DNA of 63,344 bases from a virus (lineage: Duplodnaviria > Caudoviricetes). This document shows, in pieces, positions 20,913 through 30,165 of the stretch. The position numbers and the translations under genes are program-made. Location: positions 1 through 63,344 of the IMG/VR virus record IMGVR_UViG_3300037200_000212. One strand, written 5' to 3'. The first letter of the stretch is position 1, and each line of letters begins with the position of its first letter. The notes beneath the pieces were generated by a model. It was not told where the DNA came from. It did no database searches and was given only the letters and a program-made list of their open reading frames with translations.

Positions 20913-21350
20913 TCAAACACCTGTACTACCAAATCCTTTATCACCACGTTCGGTTTCAGTAAGATCAGTTACTTCTTCAAATTCAACTTGATCTACTTTA
21001 CGAATGATTCCTTGTCCAAGTCTTTGACCAATCATTATGGTATAGGGATTAGGAAATTTTGTCATAAGATTATCAAGAATGAAATGAACTTCGCCGCGAT
21101 AATCACTATCAATAGTTCCTGGACTATTACTTAAACGAATTTTACTATTGTAAGACAAACCAGAACGAGGACGAATTTCTAATTCATATCCTTCTGGAAT
21201 TTCAAAGGAAAGACCAGTTCGAACTTTAACAGTTATACCGGGCAATATAGTAACTTGTTCGCAAGATGCGATATCAAACGCAGCTGAGCCAGAAGTTGCA
21301 TATGAAGGAATAGTTGCTTCTTCAGTTAGTTTTTTTACTTTGAGCTTCAT
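20913..21350 (-). CDS. dut: dUTPase (trimeric)
   Basis: All five motifs: A.FDI, RPRSG, GTIDSDYRGE, RLGQ, RGDKGFGSTG. Confidence 0.95.
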   Translation of the reverse strand: MKLKVKKLTEEATIPSYATSGSAAFDIASCEQVTILPGITVKVRTGLSFEIPEGYELEIRPRSGLSYNSKIRLSNSPGTIDSDYRGEVHFILDNLMTKFPNPYTIMIGQRLGQGIIRKVDQVEFEEVTDLTETERGDKGFGSTGV

Positions 21351-21534
21351 TTAAATCCTTTACTAAATTTTTATAATTTTCTTTTGTTGAGTTAATATAT
21401 CTAAATAATACATCATATGCTACGAATTCCGAAGGAGTTCCATCTATTTCATCTGCAACTTGATATTGCTGTAATGCATGTTCCAAGCTATTTAAAGCTT
21501 GAACATATCCTTGAATGAAATCATTCGTCACCAT
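21322..21534 (-). CDS. Hypothetical protein
   Basis: 70 aa ORF overlapping its neighbours in the operon. Confidence 0.45.
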   Translation of the reverse strand: MVTNDFIQGYVQALNSLEHALQQYQVADEIDGTPSEFVAYDVLFRYINSTKENYKNLVKDLNEAQSKKTN

Positions 21535-21958
21535 TGATATCTCCTGTTATGTAGTCAGAATTAATAACACATGCATCTCCTGAATTTATTGCATCTGTTA
21601 GATTCATTCCTTCTGGAATGAAAAAACTAAGTTTATTTTCTTTAGGTTTATCATAACCCTTAAACAGATCATCATTTCCTATTTTATTCAGTTCATATTC
21701 TAATAAAGCCATTATGTTCCAAGCAACATGTGCTAAGTGCGATAAATTGGATTCCTTATCAATTCTATCACCTTTATTGTAGGATAGTAAATGTCTTTCC
21801 GCTGCATCCATTAATCTGGACCATTTCATTCCTTTTCGCCAATTATTATCATCATATTTTTCGGCACCCATAGTAGCTACTTTTGCTACTTCTATAATTG
21901 CATCTGAAGATAATAGACTGACCCTAGGTTTTCCGTTGTCGAATTTTTTGCCTTCCAT
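21521..21958 (-). CDS. dATP/dGTP diphosphohydrolase-like (DUF5664) protein
   Basis: GKKFDNGKPR..LL...GAEKY..NNWRKG...A.RH...DKES.L.HLAHVAWN. Confidence 0.85.
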   Translation of the reverse strand: MEGKKFDNGKPRVSLLSSDAIIEVAKVATMGAEKYDDNNWRKGMKWSRLMDAAERHLLSYNKGDRIDKESNLSHLAHVAWNIMALLEYELNKIGNDDLFKGYDKPKENKLSFFIPEGMNLTDAINSGDACVINSDYITGDINGDE

Positions 21959-21968
21959 TGAAGACCTC

Positions 21969-22190
21969 TTAAAGTGGAAGTGAATTTAGATCCGTAGTTG
22001 GAACCGTGGCATCTTGTGTAACTGTTGAAGCAACATCAGTTGGAAGTTCAACAGGCTTTTGATTTTCATCAACAACCAATCGGGCTTTTGTAATATCAAA
22101 AAGAACTTGACTAACCATTCGATAAGGCAATTCTTGAAGAGTATCAACTACATTTTTTAAAACATTTTCGGGCAAAGCATATAATTTCAT
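21969..22190 (-). CDS. Hypothetical protein
   Basis: 73 aa ORF in operon context. Confidence 0.45.
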   Translation of the reverse strand: MKLYALPENVLKNVVDTLQELPYRMVSQVLFDITKARLVVDENQKPVELPTDVASTVTQDATVPTTDLNSLPL

Positions 22191-22380
22191 AATGTTCCTT
22201 CTAGTTTAATTATTTTATAATCTTTAGTTAATTGTTTTTTGCAATCTTCTTTAGAACCAGAGTATACCACTCTTTCATCTTTGTCAATTAAAATATATAT
22301 CTCAAACGTTTTAATTTTATAATCGGTCTTTGATTCGAAAAGTGCAATAAAGAACACTCCTATGATAAAAAATGCAATTA

Positions 22381-23277
22381 TCATTTTTGATCCTTAAATC
22401 GTTCTTTTAGTTCTTTAATATTTTTATCAGTATTTTCAAGCATTTCTGAACCAGCTAGAAAAACTTCCCCTTCAGTATATATACCATTAATATGATTTTT
22501 TTCAACAACTAATTTACTAACAAGTCCTATTTTATAGTCTCTACCATTTACAGTAGTTTTAATACGCTTACCTTCTTTTATTAATATTGAAAGACTCAAA
22601 GGAAACCATATCTTATTTCCTCCGTTGGCAATTATTGATGGTGGTAATCCTGGAAATGCTGGAGGTGATGTATATGCTTGATTTAACATTAATAACCCCA
22701 AACTATAATCACAACCCATTTCTCTAGTTCCAGTAATTCGTTCCATTACAATTGAATTATATTGACCACCAACTTGTGCATTTTTCATTACACTATGTTT
22801 TTTAACTATTCTACCTTCTTTATCTATTTCTACAGTATCTTTTGCATGTGTTCCAGCCCAACTATCCCACATAATAAAAGCATTTTGTTTCAATCTTCCG
22901 GTTTTAATATCTTCTACTTTCATGGAAATATAATCATAAACATCTTCTAATGTTTTTAATGATTCTTCTAATATACAATTTTCTCCATGTATTAAACCAT
23001 ATTCATCGAGTCTTGCTTTATCTAACTTATTTTCCGTTATAACAATGAATGGTACGATTTCTTGTTGTACTGCTTCTTTAGCTGCTTTTAGTAATATATC
23101 AGTTTTGCCAGAGTCGCTCAATCCGAAAATCATACTTGAATGACCTAAAGGAAGTCCAGGAAGTCCTATTGAATCTTGAAAAGGTTTTGGCATAACAATA
23201 TATTGTAGTGGTTTGTACACAGTTTGTTCAGTTTCATCTTCTTTTATATAATTTTTTAAATTAAATTCTTTTGACAT
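22381..23277 (-). CDS. RecA/UvsX-like recombinase
   Basis: GLPLG..., Walker A GLSDSGKT, Walker B MWDS, LNQ, GG.K.WF..SL, VEKNH. Confidence 0.8.
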   Translation of the reverse strand: MSKEFNLKNYIKEDETEQTVYKPLQYIVMPKPFQDSIGLPGLPLGHSSMIFGLSDSGKTDILLKAAKEAVQQEIVPFIVITENKLDKARLDEYGLIHGENCILEESLKTLEDVYDYISMKVEDIKTGRLKQNAFIMWDSWAGTHAKDTVEIDKEGRIVKKHSVMKNAQVGGQYNSIVMERITGTREMGCDYSLGLLMLNQAYTSPPAFPGLPPSIIANGGNKIWFPLSLSILIKEGKRIKTTVNGRDYKIGLVSKLVVEKNHINGIYTEGEVFLAGSEMLENTDKNIKELKERFKDQK

Positions 23278-23278
23278 A

Positions 23279-23683
23279 TTATTCCTCTATATTATTATAT
23301 CTTGCGAATTCTTTATGATATATTTCAGCTGCTTTATTATAAGCTATTGCTGCGTCTTTTTCATTATTAAAATATCCCAAGAATTTTCTTCCATTATCAG
23401 TTGCTATTCTAGCAGTCCATTTATTAGATTTTAAGTTCCAATTAACTCCTTTATATTTGGAAGTATAATTTCCTTTAATATGGTCGATAAATATTTTGGG
23501 ATCAGTTATATTAAGTAATAATCTTGACATTCTAACTATTCTACCAAAATGTGTAGATTGTAAATCTTTATAAACTTTCATCTTTTTTATGACTTTCCAC
23601 CAAAATTGATTAAGAAATTCATAATCTTCTTCGTCTATTAAAATTTCATAATTATTTCTAGTAACTAATATTTTAGATTTCAT
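23279..23683 (-). CDS. Degenerate HNH-AP2 endonuclease (HNH core deleted, AP2 domain intact)
   Basis: IDEEDY...M.RLL...IDHI fused directly to KGNYTSKYKGV..KWTARI...LGYF.NEKDAAIAYNKAA. Confidence 0.7.
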   Translation of the reverse strand: MKSKILVTRNNYEILIDEEDYEFLNQFWWKVIKKMKVYKDLQSTHFGRIVRMSRLLLNITDPKIFIDHIKGNYTSKYKGVNWNLKSNKWTARIATDNGRKFLGYFNNEKDAAIAYNKAAEIYHKEFARYNNIEE

Positions 23684-23738
23684 CTACTGTTTCAGTAGCT
23701 TCTGCATATGAACCTAGATCAAATTTCTTTTCACTCAT
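23673..23738 (-). pseudogene. Orphan 21-codon remnant resembling the RecA N-terminus
   Basis: MSEKKFDLGSYAEATETVDEI, ATGA-coupled to the exonuclease stop; similar to RecA start MSKEFNLKNYIKEDETEQT. Confidence 0.45.
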
Positions 23739-24769
23739 CGTTTCGTTCCAACTCTAAATAGTTTTGATTGCTTTGTAGTAAATAAATTTTGACGATCACG
23801 GGTTTCTGATCCACAACTATTACATCGATACTTTTGAAATTTACCTGTTGGAGTGTAAGAAAATCCGTTAAGACTAAATTCAGTACTTCCACAAGTACAT
23901 TTAGTTTCATTACTTTCTCTATAAATATCAAGATTAATAGTATTATCCCATGGAATTATCTTGGTATAAAGTTCTTCTAAAGAAAGAACATCATATTTAT
24001 TATATTTTTCCATTTCCTTCCATGCGGCCATATTTCTGGCCAAGCATTGCTTCCACATTTCAAAGCCTGAAAACTTACCATGTTTAAGCTTTTTGTATTT
24101 GGTACAAAGTTTATCTGTCATATATTCTAATTTGTTACTAGTAAATCCAAAATGTCTTTTTGCAAGTACTAACGTGTCGATGTGTTGATAACTACTTGGT
24201 GGTTGCATTTTATTAAGAATAAATCGAGCATTAAGCTTCTTATGATCGAATTTCTTACCATTTTGAGTGATAACAACATCTGCTTCGTCTAATAGTTTCC
24301 AAATGCCTTCTAATAGTTTTTTATCATTTTCAATATTCTTTTCATGTCTTTGATCCATGTACATGATCTTTTTAGGATTTTCACCTAACCATTTTGCAGA
24401 CCAGCTCAATACGTACCAATCACTATTAACTTGATTAAGACTTAAGTTATTATCCCATAAACCCCAAACATATCCTAAGATAGGAGCGGTTTCAATGTCA
24501 AATAGTAATACTTTTGGTTCTTTGCTAATAACTTTTTGCTGAACCATATCTTGAATTTCGGGTGTGTTTTTAATAGCTACGTTTTTAAGATTAGTAATAT
24601 TTTCAAAATGCTTTCTAATTTGTCGTTCACTGCTAATTTTTGATTCAATTTCGGTTCGGGTGGGAAATTTACCAGATTCAAGTACTAAATTAACGTACTT
24701 TTCTAGTATTTCTCCACTTAGTTTTGTTGCTCGCACTAATACCTTCTTTCTCTTTGAACATATTACCAT
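23735..24769 (-). CDS. DnaQ/RNase H-like 3'-5' exonuclease with C-terminal Zn ribbon
   Basis: LFDIET (ExoI), QNGKKFD (ExoII), YNKYDV (ExoIII), CTCG...CNSCG. Confidence 0.85.
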   Translation of the reverse strand: MVICSKRKKVLVRATKLSGEILEKYVNLVLESGKFPTRTEIESKISSERQIRKHFENITNLKNVAIKNTPEIQDMVQQKVISKEPKVLLFDIETAPILGYVWGLWDNNLSLNQVNSDWYVLSWSAKWLGENPKKIMYMDQRHEKNIENDKKLLEGIWKLLDEADVVITQNGKKFDHKKLNARFILNKMQPPSSYQHIDTLVLAKRHFGFTSNKLEYMTDKLCTKYKKLKHGKFSGFEMWKQCLARNMAAWKEMEKYNKYDVLSLEELYTKIIPWDNTINLDIYRESNETKCTCGSTEFSLNGFSYTPTGKFQKYRCNSCGSETRDRQNLFTTKQSKLFRVGTKR

Positions 24770-25058
24770 TTTCTACAAACACCTTCAAGCTTTTTTCAAA
24801 GGCTCGAACTTGTTTTTCAGTCATATTAACTTCGTATTCAACGCTTATAGCGTGAATCATTTCATGGAAATATGTATGAACTGCTTCTTTAATTGGTTGA
24901 TTGAGATTTATAACTATTTGTTTTACTTCACCAAAACGACTTTCACCAAGTTGATCATGATCTTTTGGGAAATCATTTGTCCAAAGAACTTCATATGTAG
25001 CTTTGTTAATTTTAATTGAAGAAGGTATATTTTTATAATATTTCTTCCAATTAATCAT
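24690..25058 (-). CDS. HExxH zinc metallopeptidase-like protein
   Basis: TYFHEMIHAI...TEKQV. Confidence 0.6.
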   Translation of the reverse strand: MINWKKYYKNIPSSIKINKATYEVLWTNDFPKDHDQLGESRFGEVKQIVINLNQPIKEAVHTYFHEMIHAISVEYEVNMTEKQVRAFEKSLKVFVENGNMFKEKEGISASNKTKWRNTRKVR

Positions 25059-25272
25059 TTGCTTTTTCTAATGCTTTCCTAAATTTGTTAATATTAATTT
25101 CAATGATCGTTCTACTATTGTGTAATACTGAAACACTTTCCATTACTTGAATGTATTTTGTGTAGTCTTTTAAAAGATCTAGAGAAGTGGTGAGTCTTTT
25201 TTGAATTTCAAGAAGATCTTTATGAACCAATTCTAATTTCTTTAAATTTTTGTAATCGGTTATATTAATCAT
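25051..25272 (-). CDS. Hypothetical protein
   Basis: 73 aa coiled-coil ORF. Confidence 0.4.
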   Translation of the reverse strand: MINITDYKNLKKLELVHKDLLEIQKRLTTSLDLLKDYTKYIQVMESVSVLHNSRTIIEININKFRKALEKAND

Positions 25273-25500
25273 CTCTATGTTTTCTCATTATTTCATCCAT
25301 TGCATCATCTTCTTCTCTATATGATTTTACAGTATTTTCAGGACAAATACATCCTCTTTTTCTATTTAATGCATAATGATTTAATAATATTTCTGTCGTG
25401 TTACATTGTAAAAATGGATTACTAGGATTCATTATACTATATATCCAAAATTTGAGATGATCATTAGCATCCCAGGTTTCATCATAAACTGTTTTTAAAA

Positions 25501-26460
25501 TCAAAAGCCCATGCTTCCTTTCTTTTCAAAAAGGTCCTTATAGGTTTGAATCTCTTCAATCATTTCTTTTATTACTTGTTCCAGAGTTTTATCATATAAT
25601 TTTGATCTAATGACTACTTCACGAATATGAGCAGGTGAAAATTCCTTTGAACTTGATTTTGATATTAGTTCCAAACTTTCTACTGATGCAGTTCCTTTTG
25701 CAAAGAAATCTAATAACTTTGAACGTTGTTCACTTGTTGGATATCCTACTTCTATTTTATCATCAAAACGATTAGGCCTATTAGTGAGATTTCCCATAAA
25801 ACTAGCTGGATAATTAGTAGTGGCCAATATAAAGGTTGGAATCGTGAAGGTTTTTTCTTGATTATCCAAAAGGCTAAGAAGACTACTATCAGACTTAATA
25901 CGAGCTTGTTCAATTTCAACTCCTCCAATATCTTCGGCGACCAGAATGATCTTTTCAACTCCAATATATTCAAATGATTTAATAAAGTCTTTAACTTGAT
26001 ATGCTTCAAATTTATCCGTATGCCAAATTATAATAGCTGTTTTTCCATCTGAAGAATATTTGTTGGCTACTTTTGTAATGGCTGTTGATTTTCCGGTTCC
26101 GGCTGGACCGTAAAGAAGTGCAGCTCGTTTTGCAACTTCAAATCCCATTTCATAATACACTGGAATTTTATTAAAGAAACAATCAATTTTATCGGTAATA
26201 TGAGTAGTACTTGTAAAACTATCTAAGATTTTATCAGAAACAAAGGATGTTTCGAATAGTTTCAAACTACCGGTAGTTTTTTGAATGGCCCAAATACCTG
26301 GTTTTACTTTATAAGGCTCAATTTTATCATCATCTTCAATATATTCGAGTTGAAAGAAATTGCCTTTAGGAGTTAATGATGCGAAATCACTTTCACTTAT
26401 AATCTGACCGATCGTCAAATCGTCTACGTTAGTTATAGCTTTCACTTTAAAGTGACCCAT
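25501..26460 (-). CDS. AAA+ ATPase
   Basis: GPAGTGKS, VAEDIG, ATTN, RPNRFD (classic AAA clade). Confidence 0.85.
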   Translation of the reverse strand: MGHFKVKAITNVDDLTIGQIISESDFASLTPKGNFFQLEYIEDDDKIEPYKVKPGIWAIQKTTGSLKLFETSFVSDKILDSFTSTTHITDKIDCFFNKIPVYYEMGFEVAKRAALLYGPAGTGKSTAITKVANKYSSDGKTAIIIWHTDKFEAYQVKDFIKSFEYIGVEKIILVAEDIGGVEIEQARIKSDSSLLSLLDNQEKTFTIPTFILATTNYPASFMGNLTNRPNRFDDKIEVGYPTSEQRSKLLDFFAKGTASVESLELISKSSSKEFSPAHIREVVIRSKLYDKTLEQVIKEMIEEIQTYKDLFEKKGSMGF

Positions 26461-26538
26461 TTAATGCCTCATATTCTATAATTTTATTATATGCTAATTC
26501 TTCCGTTTATATTTGACATTTAGGTATTATTTCCCCAA

Positions 26539-27660
26539 CTAATGAAAGGCAGTTTGTTCTGATTCCAAGTATTTCTCACTTATTAACTTTAACACTTTCC
26601 GACCGATAATGCTATTAGTTTCTTTTAATGATTTTACAACCACTCCTTCTCTTACTTTTTGAGCGGGGACTAATACGCTATCTCCAGAAGTCAAGGCTTT
26701 TGCAGTATAGATATTAAATGGGCCACGATATAATTCGGGAACGGTTTCAAATCCTCTGGCTTTTGCTAAATTAAGAAAGTATTCTGCATCCATATATTTA
26801 GCATCTATTCCATCTTGAAGCTTTAAATCAAATACTACTAATTTATGCTCGCCATTTGTGCATCCATATGAATAGTTCTTTTGAATTCCATCACCATAAA
26901 GCTCACCATACCAAATTTCACCAGGTTTGACTTTATCTTTAGCATTATATTTCTTTAAGACATTTCCATACACATTTTCGCCATACCATCCTTTATAACT
27001 ACGTCTTTGTTGCAATTGTACTCGATTTGACCCATAAACCCATTCAAACTCAGGAACAAGCTTTAGAAACTTTAAAAGTTTTCTCCATGGATTATTAGCA
27101 ACATATGGAACAAGTCCAAATCTTATATTACTTCCATGAATTTTTTCAGTTATACTTACTTCTTCTCCTTCTGCGAAAAGATCAGGGTACCATTTAAAAT
27201 TATCTATTCCACCGTATGTGTGAAAATATGGATTTTCTTTTGGTTTATCTCTTTTATTTGCACCAAGATTGGCTCCTTGATATCTTGCAGCTGGTGGTTC
27301 ATATTTTGTTATATTTAAAAATGTTGAACAATCAGTTTCAAGTTCAGTTCCAAATAAAATGCCGCCAACGTGTTTAGTATCTATCAAAAGACCTTGGGAA
27401 TAAGCTCCTCTAATTCTTATTTGTTTGATTCTTCCTTTATTGAGTTTAATCTTACTATCCGGACCGCTGAATAATTTGGTCTCAAGATCCATAGGTAAAA
27501 TACTATCGATTGGCACATAAATGCACATATTTCCTGCAACATATTGTCCTTTTCCTACTACTACATTAAATCCATAAACAACTGCAATTTCAAGCCGATC
27601 TGCATTTGGATGTGGTAATATTTCTTTAATAGTTGTAAGAGGGACTTTATACTCTGACAC
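26539..27660 (-). CDS. ATP-dependent RNA ligase (DRB0094/Rnl2-like)
   Basis: N-terminal HPNADRLE...IRG.YSQGL domain; motif I TEKIHGSN, GELYG, VFD, REGVVVK, LKLISEKY. Confidence 0.9.
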   Translation of the reverse strand: MSEYKVPLTTIKEILPHPNADRLEIAVVYGFNVVVGKGQYVAGNMCIYVPIDSILPMDLETKLFSGPDSKIKLNKGRIKQIRIRGAYSQGLLIDTKHVGGILFGTELETDCSTFLNITKYEPPAARYQGANLGANKRDKPKENPYFHTYGGIDNFKWYPDLFAEGEEVSITEKIHGSNIRFGLVPYVANNPWRKLLKFLKLVPEFEWVYGSNRVQLQQRRSYKGWYGENVYGNVLKKYNAKDKVKPGEIWYGELYGDGIQKNYSYGCTNGEHKLVVFDLKLQDGIDAKYMDAEYFLNLAKARGFETVPELYRGPFNIYTAKALTSGDSVLVPAQKVREGVVVKSLKETNSIIGRKVLKLISEKYLESEQTAFH

Positions 27661-28369
27661 GCAATAATCTCCTAATTTTCCAAATTCTATATTTAATAGA
27701 ACGTTTTAAATCTTGAAAGAACCATATGGGATGTTTGATAGTACTGGTAATTTTATATAATTTCCAGTCAATGAATCTAATTATGGAATCTTTAATATCA
27801 GTTAAGGTCATTTTTTCTTTCTCATCTTCAGGATGAAATATTTCTTTTAGATCAATGACCATTCCTTTTATGTTTTCTTGTTTATTATCAATAGTATTTT
27901 TTAAAGCCTTTTTACCATCATATCTTTCATATTCGACTTGTTTTACTTCATGAACAATTCCATCAACGCATCTTGATAAATAACTTTCTAAATAACAATC
28001 ATCACATCTAACAGTTATCCATCCATCTGCTCTAATACTACCTTTTTTTCCACATAATTCGCAAGTAATACTAGATTTATGTTCAGCTTCAGATATAAGC
28101 CAATCCATTTCATCTGTTTGAGAATGCATGTAAAATCGCAATGTTCCATATTTTTCTTTAACTTGTGATGCACAACAATATTGTCTGCTTTCTTCTGGAA
28201 GCTTTAATATTTCAGCTTCTAATTCTCTTGAAAGATCTTTAAGTAATAAAGCCCAGCCGTCTCCAATTTCAAAACCCCAGCACATTGCGGTAGATCTCTT
28301 ATCTGCATATCTTTGTCTGTAAAGATTAGGAAAACTTTTAACTAATTCTTCGTCCATTTCTTTATTCAT
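27647..28369 (-). CDS. Phage hypothetical protein
   Basis: GDGW..L...QVKEKYGTLRFY...CELCG motif pattern. Confidence 0.6.
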   Translation of the reverse strand: MNKEMDEELVKSFPNLYRQRYADKRSTAMCWGFEIGDGWALLLKDLSRELEAEILKLPEESRQYCCASQVKEKYGTLRFYMHSQTDEMDWLISEAEHKSSITCELCGKKGSIRADGWITVRCDDCYLESYLSRCVDGIVHEVKQVEYERYDGKKALKNTIDNKQENIKGMVIDLKEIFHPEDEKEKMTLTDIKDSIIRFIDWKLYKITSTIKHPIWFFQDLKRSIKYRIWKIRRLLRVRV

Positions 28370-28959
28370 ATTTTCCAGTCTATAGGATCAAATCCATTTA
28401 ATGTTAATAATTTATTAATGCTACTAAAATGTTTGCAACCAAAAAAGGGATTGGAGGTATTAATAGGCGATGGATGGCCAGCATGTATTACATAATGACT
28501 ATTTTCACTAATTAAATCAAATTTCTCTTGAGCTTTTTCTCCCCAAAGTGCAAATATTACTTTTTCTCTTTGATCATTAACTTGTTTAATAATTGTATCC
28601 GTATATCCTTCCCATCCTTTATTAAAATGAGCCTTAGGATCACCTTTTAAAGTAGTTAAAACCACATTTAAAAGTAACACTCCCTGTTTTGCCCATGAAG
28701 TAAGATCTCCATTAGTATTTTCAATGCCAAGATCATCTTTTAATTCTTTAAAGATATTTTTAAGACTGGGAGGTAATTGTATATTTTCATTAACAGAAAA
28801 AGCCAAGCCATTTGCTTGATTTTCTCCATGATAAGGACTTTGACCAACTATTACGACTTTTACTTTTTCAAGAGGGGTAATTTCTAATGCTTTGAACATT
28901 AAATCTTTTGAAGGGCATAAATCTGGGTTATTAGGATTAATATCTACACTAAAATTCAT
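28366..28959 (-). CDS. ung: Family 1 uracil-DNA glycosylase with atypical GQSPY motif
   Basis: KVVIVGQSPYHG, GLAFSV, PPSLKNIFKEL, WAKQGVLLLN, LWG, HPSP. Confidence 0.85.
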   Translation of the reverse strand: MNFSVDINPNNPDLCPSKDLMFKALEITPLEKVKVVIVGQSPYHGENQANGLAFSVNENIQLPPSLKNIFKELKDDLGIENTNGDLTSWAKQGVLLLNVVLTTLKGDPKAHFNKGWEGYTDTIIKQVNDQREKVIFALWGEKAQEKFDLISENSHYVIHAGHPSPINTSNPFFGCKHFSSINKLLTLNGFDPIDWKI

Positions 28960-29146
28960 ATTTTATTCTTACTTAAATGAGTTTCTCTAACCCATTTTTC
29001 ATACAAAGGCCATTCTGTTCTTATTAAATATTCAAATTCCGGTCCATCGTAATCTTCTGCAAATGATAGATATAATCTTTTATCTAAAATTCTAGCCTCT
29101 ATATTGTGAAAGAAGTCATTATTTATATATACAGTATAGTTAAATT

Positions 29147-29827
29147 TCATCTCAATTCCTGTAATAATTCTTGAACTTTCTTATTTTTTAATGAAAAATT
29201 GGTAAATGTTCCTTTAGGAATGATATTATCAAAAGTTTTAGACGCTGTAAAGACTTTTTTCAATAAAGTAGGAATATCATGATCATTATTATACTTTTCT
29301 ACTAGTTTTAAATTTTGATTAATATCAAAATAAACCCAAACACGGTCTCCTTCTTTATATTCGGTACCTGCTATGGCATCTTTAACTTTCGTCTCATTTG
29401 TTCTTTCACTTGAGAAAGTCTTTTCGGATATAGTTTTCTTTGATGACCATCGTTTTATATCTTTTACGTATAAAGCTTCTTTTATATACTTTACGTATAT
29501 TTCTTCATAATTGTACTTTTCTTTTAATATGGCATCTATAATTTCATATTTGAATTCTTTTAATGATATTTCAGTTTTTTGGTCTTTTAAAGAAGAACCT
29601 TTATAAGTAACTTTTCCATCTTCTTTTTGCAAAATGTAATTTTTAGCTTTTAATATTATGACTTTATTATAGTAACCATCGTCTGCCCACTTCATAAGTT
29701 GGGGACTAATATCGTTTATCTCTGTAACTAATAGTTTACGTTCTTCTAAAGAAAATAGAGTGCCATCTGATTTAGAAAAGCTAATAGAATCTGTATCAGC
29801 ATTAACTATCTTAAAGTTATGATTCAT
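29147..29827 (-). CDS. Family B DNA polymerase, C-terminal subunit (motif C + thumb)
   Basis: NADTDS, KAKNY, KGSS; ATG 29827 overlaps TGA of the inserted ORF. Confidence 0.85.
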   Translation of the reverse strand: MNHNFKIVNADTDSISFSKSDGTLFSLEERKLLVTEINDISPQLMKWADDGYYNKVIILKAKNYILQKEDGKVTYKGSSLKDQKTEISLKEFKYEIIDAILKEKYNYEEIYVKYIKEALYVKDIKRWSSKKTISEKTFSSERTNETKVKDAIAGTEYKEGDRVWVYFDINQNLKLVEKYNNDHDIPTLLKKVFTASKTFDNIIPKGTFTNFSLKNKKVQELLQELR

Positions 29828-30165
29828 TGTAATTTCGCATATTTTAAGCAAAATTCATTGTGCATAATTTCTGCTTTTTTGTCACATTCGTATGGGTCAT
29901 CTTTTTTCTTTTTTTTAATTCCATCACCATCAATTTCACTAAAGTCCAATATATTTCCAGTGTTATCAAGTTTGAATACATATGTTTCATAATGTCTATC
30001 TAATCCAATTTCAGACATTTCTTTGGAACTATCATTATCGTACATTGCACCTACGGTAGAAATTCTATATTCTCCAATATCAGTGCATAATCTAAATCTA
30101 CAACGACCAACTGCGCAAAAATGTCCAGGAAGTCCTTTATATTTCCATTTAGAACGTGGAATCAT
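29824..30165 (-). CDS. Hypothetical protein inserted between the polymerase halves
   Basis: 113 aa (GHFC..RCRF.L.T.IG.Y.ISTVG...YETYVF), overlaps both pol ORFs. Confidence 0.6.
   Translation of the reverse strand: MIPRSKWKYKGLPGHFCAVGRCRFRLCTDIGEYRISTVGAMYDNDSSKEMSEIGLDRHYETYVFKLDNTGNILDFSEIDGDGIKKKKKDDPYECDKKAEIMHNEFCLKYAKLQ

Noticed and set aside
21521-21958. 2-aminoadenine (Z) genome
   Set aside because: No PurZ or DatZ-like gene recognised in the window; DUF5664 alone is insufficient
25501-26460. AAA+ ATPase as a phage-encoded sigma54 activator
   Set aside because: No GAFTGA loop or Fis-type HTH; motifs are classic-clade AAA
29824-30165. Group I intron or intein interrupting the polymerase
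   Set aside because: The gap is fully occupied by an ORF with no endonuclease motif, leaving no room for an intron core; no intein C/S...HN ends; the C-half has its own coupled ATG
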